Position numbers and translations under genes: made by a program. Under the pieces are notes generated by a model. That model was not told the DNA's origin. It saw only the letters and a list, made by a program, of their open reading frames with translations, and ran no database searches. This document shows positions 59,128 to 64,000 of a DNA stretch of 64,000 bases, piece after piece; positions within the stretch are counted from its first letter, which is position 1; each line of letters starts with the position of its first letter. Source of the stretch: Acidobacteriota bacterium (GTDB taxonomy: Bacteria; Acidobacteriota; UBA4820; DSQY01); contig JBBILR010000004.1 in assembly GCA_037444825.1 (NCBI GenBank), forward strand, positions 55,536 through 119,535. The letters are read 5' to 3'.

Positions 59128-60669
59128 ATGCACGGCAACCAGCGCGTTCTCATCCTCGATTTCGGCTCCCAGTACACCCGTCTCATCGCCCGGCGGGTGC
59201 GGGAGCTCCAGGTCTACAGCGAGGTGGTGCCCCACCACCTGGCGGCGGAGGAGATCGCCCGGCTCGCCCCGTTGGGCCTCATCCTCTCCGGAGGCCCCGC
59301 CTCGGTCTTCGAGGAGGGGGCCCCCCGCCCCGACCCGGCCATCGTTCGGCTCGGCATCCCCGTCCTGGGCATCTGCTACGGCATGCAGTGGCTGGCCCAC
59401 GCCCTGGGGGGCCGGGTGGCGCCCTCCCCCGAAAGGGAATACGGTCCGGCGGACCTGCACCCCTCCCCGGGGAGCGCGCTTCTCGAGGGCCTCGGCGACC
59501 CCTCCCCCGTCTGGATGAGCCACACCGACCGGGTGGAAACCCTGCCCCCGGGCTTCTCGGTCTCCGGCCGCACCGACTCGGTGCCGGTGGCGGCCATGGA
59601 GGACCGGGGGCGGCGGCTCTTCGGCCTCCAGTTCCACCCGGAGGTGACCCACACCCGGGAGGGGCGGGAGATCCTGCGGCGCTTCCTCTACGGCGTCTGC
59701 GGGGCCAAGGGGGACTGGACCCTCGCCTCCTTCGCCGACCGGGCCGTGGAGGAGATCCGCCGGAGGGTGGGCCACGGTCGGGCCCTCTGCGCCCTCTCCG
59801 GCGGGGTGGATTCGGCGGTGGCCGCCCTCCTCGTCCACCGGGCGCTGGGGCCGCGCCTCTCCTGCCTGTTCCTGGACCACGGCCTTCTCCGGAAGGGGGA
59901 GGCGGAGCGGGTGGGGAGGGACCTCCGGGAGGGGCTCGGGCTTCCCGTCCGGACCGTGGACGCCTCGGCGCGCTTCTTCGCGGCCTTGAAGGGGCTGTCC
60001 GACCCCGAGGACAAGCGAAAGGCGGTGGGGAGGACTTTCGTGGAGGTCTTCGAGGAGGAGGCCCGGGCCCTGGGGGAGGTGAAGTTCCTCGTCCAGGGGA
60101 CCATCTACCCCGACCGCATCGAGTCGGCGGCGGCCTCCGGCGCCTCGGCGGTGATCAAGAGCCACCACAACGTGGGAGGGCTCCCCGAACGGATGCGGAT
60201 GGAGGTGGTGGAGCCCATCGGCGACCTCTTCAAGGACGAGGTGCGGGCCGTGGGGCGCCTCCTCGGCCTTCCGCCCGCCTTCGTGGACCGCCACCCCTTC
60301 CCGGGGCCGGGGCTGGCCGTCCGGATCCTGGGGGAGGTGACCCCCGAGGACGCCGCCCTCCTCCGGGAGGCCGACGCCGTCTTTCTGGAGGAGATCCGGG
60401 CCGCGGGCCTCTACGGCGCCGTCTCCCAGGCCTTCGCGGTCCTCCTCCCCGTGCGGACGGTGGGGGTCATGGGCGACGCCCGGACCTACGAGCGGGTGGC
60501 GGCCCTGAGGGCCGTGGTCACCGAGGACTTCATGACCGCCGACTGGTACCGCTTCCCTCCCGATTTCCTGGCCCGGGTCTCGGCGCGGATCGTCAACGAG
60601 GTGAAGGGGATCAACCGGGTGGTCTACGACATCACCTCCAAGCCTCCGGGGACCATCGAATGGGAGTGA
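59128..60669 (+). CDS. guaA: GMP synthase (glutamine-hydrolysing)
   Basis: DFGSQY, GICYGMQ, QFHPEV, SGGVDS and KPPGTIEWE motifs. Confidence 0.98.
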   Translation: MHGNQRVLILDFGSQYTRLIARRVRELQVYSEVVPHHLAAEEIARLAPLGLILSGGPASVFEEGAPRPDPAIVRLGIPVLGICYGMQWLAHALGGRVAPSPEREYGPADLHPSPGSALLEGLGDPSPVWMSHTDRVETLPPGFSVSGRTDSVPVAAMEDRGRRLFGLQFHPEVTHTREGREILRRFLYGVCGAKGDWTLASFADRAVEEIRRRVGHGRALCALSGGVDSAVAALLVHRALGPRLSCLFLDHGLLRKGEAERVGRDLREGLGLPVRTVDASARFFAALKGLSDPEDKRKAVGRTFVEVFEEEARALGEVKFLVQGTIYPDRIESAAASGASAVIKSHHNVGGLPERMRMEVVEPIGDLFKDEVRAVGRLLGLPPAFVDRHPFPGPGLAVRILGEVTPEDAALLREADAVFLEEIRAAGLYGAVSQAFAVLLPVRTVGVMGDARTYERVAALRAVVTEDFMTADWYRFPPDFLARVSARIVNEVKGINRVVYDITSKPPGTIEWE

Positions 60670-60742
60670 GGGGCCCGGGGATCACGGAAGGGAAGGGGGG
60701 TGTCCCGCCGGGGCGCCGCCCTTTCATCTCGGAAGGCCGCCC

Positions 60743-63700
60743 ATGACCGAAAAGCCCTTCGTCCACCTGCACGTCCACACCCAGTACTCCCTCCTGGACG
60801 GCGCCTGCCGCCTGGACGAGCTCTTCCAGCGGACGCGGGAGCAGGGCTCGGAGGCGGTGGCTCTCACCGACCACGGCAACCTCTTCGGCGCGGTGAAGTT
60901 CTATAAGAAGGCCCTCAAGAGCGGCGTGCGGCCCGTCATCGGGTGCGAGGCCTACCTGGCCCCCGGATCCCGCTTCGACGAGGACGTCATGGGGGAGGGC
61001 CGGCGCCCCTACTCCCACCTGTTGCTGCTCTGCGAGGACGCCGAGGGGTACCGGAACCTCTGCGCCCTCACCTCCAAGGCCTTCCTCGAGGGCTTCCAGT
61101 ACAAGCCCCGGGTGGACCGGGAGCTGCTGCGCCGGCACCACCGGGGGCTCATCGCCACCTCCGCCTGCCTGGGGGGGGAGATTCCCCAGAAGCTCCGCAA
61201 AGGGCAGGAGGAGGAGGCCCTCCGCACCGCCCTGGAGTTCCGGGAGATCTTCGGGCCCGAGAACTTCTTCCTCGAGATCCAGGACCACGGCCTGCCCGAA
61301 CAGGGTCCGGTGAACGAGAAGATCCTCGAAATCCACCGGGAGACGGGCATCCCGCTGGTGGCCACCAACGACGTCCACTTCCTGCGCCGGGAGGACTTCG
61401 GCGCCCACGACATCCTCCTCTGCATCCAGACCAAGACCACCCGAAAGGAGCGCCAGGCCTCCGGCAAGCTGGCCTACTCCACCGAACACTACCTCAAGTC
61501 CCCCGCGGAGATGTGGGAGCGTTTCGGCCGGTGGCCCGAGGCCCTGCTCAACACCCAGCGCATCGCCCAGCGGTGCCACTTCGCCTTCGACACCGAAACG
61601 CGCCACTACCCCCGCTTCCAGGTTCCCGAGGGGGAGACGGTGGCCTCGTACTTCGAGAAGGTGGCGCGGCAGGGCTTCGAGCGCCGCAAGGCCGAGGGCC
61701 TCTACCGCCAGCCGGGGGCGAGGGAGCCCGAGGAGTACGAGCAGCGCCTGGAGATGGAGCTCGCCGTCATCCGCCGGATGGATCTGGCGGGGTACTTCCT
61801 CGTGGTGTGGGACTTCATCCGCCACGCCCGGGAACGGGGCATCCCCGTGGGGCCCGGACGGGGGAGCGCCGCCGGCTCCTTCGTCTCGTACTGCATGGGC
61901 ATCACCAACCTGGACCCCCTGAAGTACGACCTCCTCTTCGAGCGCTTCCTGAACCCCGAGCGGATCTCCATGCCGGACATCGACATCGACTTCTGCATGC
62001 GGGGCCGGGGGGAGGTCATCGAGTACGTGCGGGAGAAGTACGGCCGCGAGAACGTGGCCCAGATCATCACCTTCGGGGAGATGAAGGCCCGGCTGGCCCT
62101 CCGTGACGCCGGGCGGGCCCTCGGCGTGGCCCTGGACAAGGTGGACCGCGTGGCCAAGCTGGTGCCCGAGGAGCTGGGGGTGAAGCTGGATGCGGCCCTG
62201 GAGGATTCGCCGGCCCTCAAGGAGCAGTACGAGAAGGACCCGGAGGTGCGGGAGATGGTGGACATCGCCCGGCGCCTGGAGGGGCTGGTGCGCCACGCCT
62301 CCACCCACGCCGCCGGCGTGGTCATCGCCCCGGGGCCCATCACCGAGTTCCTTCCGCTCCACAAAGGTTCCGGCACCGGGATGGAGGTCACCACCCAGTT
62401 CGGGAAAGACGAGATCGAGGCCCTGGGTCTTCTCAAGATGGATTTCCTGGGGCTGAGGACCCTCACCATCCTCCACGACACGCTGGAACTCATCCGAAGA
62501 TCCGGGGGGACGCCGCCGGACCTGGACGCCCTCCCCCTGGACGACCCCGACACCTTCGCCCTCTTCGGCCGGGGGGAAACGGACGGCGTCTTCCAGTTCG
62601 AATCGGCGGGCATGAAGGACATCCTGAGGCGCCTGGGCCCCACCCGCTTCGAGGACCTGGTGGTCCTGAACGCCCTGTACCGGCCGGGCCCCCTGGGGGC
62701 GGGGGTCATCGACTCCTACATCCTGAGGGCCAAGGGAAAGGAGCCGGTCACCTACTACGTCCCCCAGCTGGAGCCCATCCTCAAGGAGACGCTGGGCGTC
62801 ATCGTCTACCAGGAACAGGTCATGCGCATCGCCCACCAGGTGGGGGGCTTCACCCTGGGGGAAGCCGACACCCTTCGGAAGGCCATCGCCAAGAAGGACC
62901 GGGAGGCGATGGAGAAGCTGGGGCGCAAGTTCGTCGAGGGGGCCAAGGGGTCCATCGGGGAGACGAAGGCCAAAGAACTCTTCGAGATCATGGACAAGTT
63001 CGGAAGCTACGGCTTCAACAAGTCCCACTCCGCCGCCTACGCCCTGGTGGCCTACCAGACGGCCTACCTCAAGGCCCACTTCCCCGTCCACTTCATGGCG
63101 GCCACCCTCTCCAACTGGGCGGAGCACACCGACGAGGTCCTCAAGTACATGACCTCCTGCCGGGAGATGGGGATCGCCCTCCTGCCCCCGGACCTCAACC
63201 GAAGCGACGAGGGCTTCACCATCGAAGGGGGGGGCATTCGCTACGGCCTCTCGGCCATCAAGAACGTGGGGCTCTCGGCGGTCCACGCCATTCTGGAGGC
63301 CCGTCGGCGGGTGGGGCGGTTCCGGAGCCTCTTCCACTTCTGCCGGGAGGTGGACCGCTTCGCCGTGAACCGGCGGGTTTTGGAGAACCTCGTCTTCTCC
63401 GGCGCCATGGACGGCTTCGGCCAGCCGCGGTGGGACCTCTTCGCCTCCCTCGACGGGGCCATGGCGGCGGCGGCCCGGCGCCAGGAGGACCTCCAGCGGG
63501 GCCAGCGGGGGCTCTTCGGGGAGACGGAGGAGCGGGAGGAGGACTTCGACGAGCCCTACGTCCGGGCCGCCCCCTGGTCCATGCCCGAGACCTTCGCCCG
63601 GGAGAAGGAGAGCCTGGGCTTCTACCTGAGCGGCCACCCCCTGGTGGAGAAGGAGGAGATCCTCCGGCGCTTCACCACCCACACGCTGGCCGAGTTGAGC

Positions 63701-64000
63701 CAGTGCGCGGGGGAGACGGAGGTCACCGTGGGGGGCATGGTGGCCGCCCTGGCCCAGAAGAAGAACCGGGCCAAGGAACCCTTCGGCCAGCTCATCCTGG
63801 AGGACATGGAGACCCGCGTGGAGGCCTTTCTCTACGGGGAGACCTTCCGCCGGTACCAGGGCACCCTGCAGAAGGACATGGCCGTCCTGGTGGTGGGGAG
63901 GTTTCGGCGCGAAAGCGAGGGGAAGGCCCGCCTCATCGCCGACGCCGTGGTCCCCATGGACCGGGCGGAGGAGGAGCTGGAGCCCAAGGCGGCGGGGGTG
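60743..64000 (+). CDS. dnaE: DNA polymerase III alpha subunit (runs off the window)
   Basis: HLHVHTQYSLLDG PHP domain; [22 protein letters not shown] and YGFNKSH motifs; no stop before the window end. Confidence 0.97.
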   Translation, partial: MTEKPFVHLHVHTQYSLLDGACRLDELFQRTREQGSEAVALTDHGNLFGAVKFYKKALKSGVRPVIGCEAYLAPGSRFDEDVMGEGRRPYSHLLLLCEDAEGYRNLCALTSKAFLEGFQYKPRVDRELLRRHHRGLIATSACLGGEIPQKLRKGQEEEALRTALEFREIFGPENFFLEIQDHGLPEQGPVNEKILEIHRETGIPLVATNDVHFLRREDFGAHDILLCIQTKTTRKERQASGKLAYSTEHYLKSPAEMWERFGRWPEALLNTQRIAQRCHFAFDTETRHYPRFQVPEGETVASYFEKVARQGFERRKAEGLYRQPGAREPEEYEQRLEMELAVIRRMDLAGYFLVVWDFIRHARERGIPVGPGRGSAAGSFVSYCMGITNLDPLKYDLLFERFLNPERISMPDIDIDFCMRGRGEVIEYVREKYGRENVAQIITFGEMKARLALRDAGRALGVALDKVDRVAKLVPEELGVKLDAALEDSPALKEQYEKDPEVREMVDIARRLEGLVRHASTHAAGVVIAPGPITEFLPLHKGSGTGMEVTTQFGKDEIEALGLLKMDFLGLRTLTILHDTLELIRRSGGTPPDLDALPLDDPDTFALFGRGETDGVFQFESAGMKDILRRLGPTRFEDLVVLNALYRPGPLGAGVIDSYILRAKGKEPVTYYVPQLEPILKETLGVIVYQEQVMRIAHQVGGFTLGEADTLRKAIAKKDREAMEKLGRKFVEGAKGSIGETKAKELFEIMDKFGSYGFNKSHSAAYALVAYQTAYLKAHFPVHFMAATLSNWAEHTDEVLKYMTSCREMGIALLPPDLNRSDEGFTIEGGGIRYGLSAIKNVGLSAVHAILEARRRVGRFRSLFHFCREVDRFAVNRRVLENLVFSGAMDGFGQPRWDLFASLDGAMAAAARRQEDLQRGQRGLFGETEEREEDFDEPYVRAAPWSMPETFAREKESLGFYLSGHPLVEKEEILRRFTTHTLAELSQCAGETEVTVGGMVAALAQKKNRAKEPFGQLILEDMETRVEAFLYGETFRRYQGTLQKDMAVLVVGRFRRESEGKARLIADAVVPMDRAEEELEPKAAGV

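Noticed and set aside
60743-64000. Possible intein in dnaE
   Set aside because: Conserved DnaE motifs follow each other at normal spacing with no insertion in the visible part.

Overview
A very GC-rich bacterial chromosomal segment of mostly housekeeping genes. Gene content (sulfatase-TPR fusion, split NadE, lpxD-fabZ-lpxA-Gfo/Idh/MocA, FadN/FadA, NfnAB) suggests a diderm, possibly anaerobic Acidobacteriota-like organism; this assignment is inference only. In order it carries: lipid A genes, a TonB-C protein, rpsT, nadA, a beta-oxidation operon, msrB, two lower-GC exported HEAT-repeat genes, a two-gene glutamine-dependent NAD synthetase, groES/groEL with a variant CIRCE, a decaying CARDB/Ig gene region, an acyl-CoA dehydrogenase, a long minus-strand run (MFS...grxC, queF, ogt, pgeF, moaC, TPR, acpS), thpR-plsY-gpsA, rsgA, nfnAB plus a stand-alone GXGXG protein, dgt, rfaE2-mfd-PPIases-S4 protein-dusB, guaA and the 5' part of dnaE. 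I found no tRNA, rRNA, CRISPR array or transposase. The most notable unexplained structure is at 4536-4915: two tandem ~55-60 nt transcription units, each with a sigma54 -24/-12 promoter, a shared C-rich anti-Shine-Dalgarno-like core and its own intrinsic terminator, consistent with sibling sigma54-dependent sRNAs. A second candidate sRNA or attenuator with GGA loops lies at 27059-27125. All calls come from reading motifs by eye; no database searches were run.
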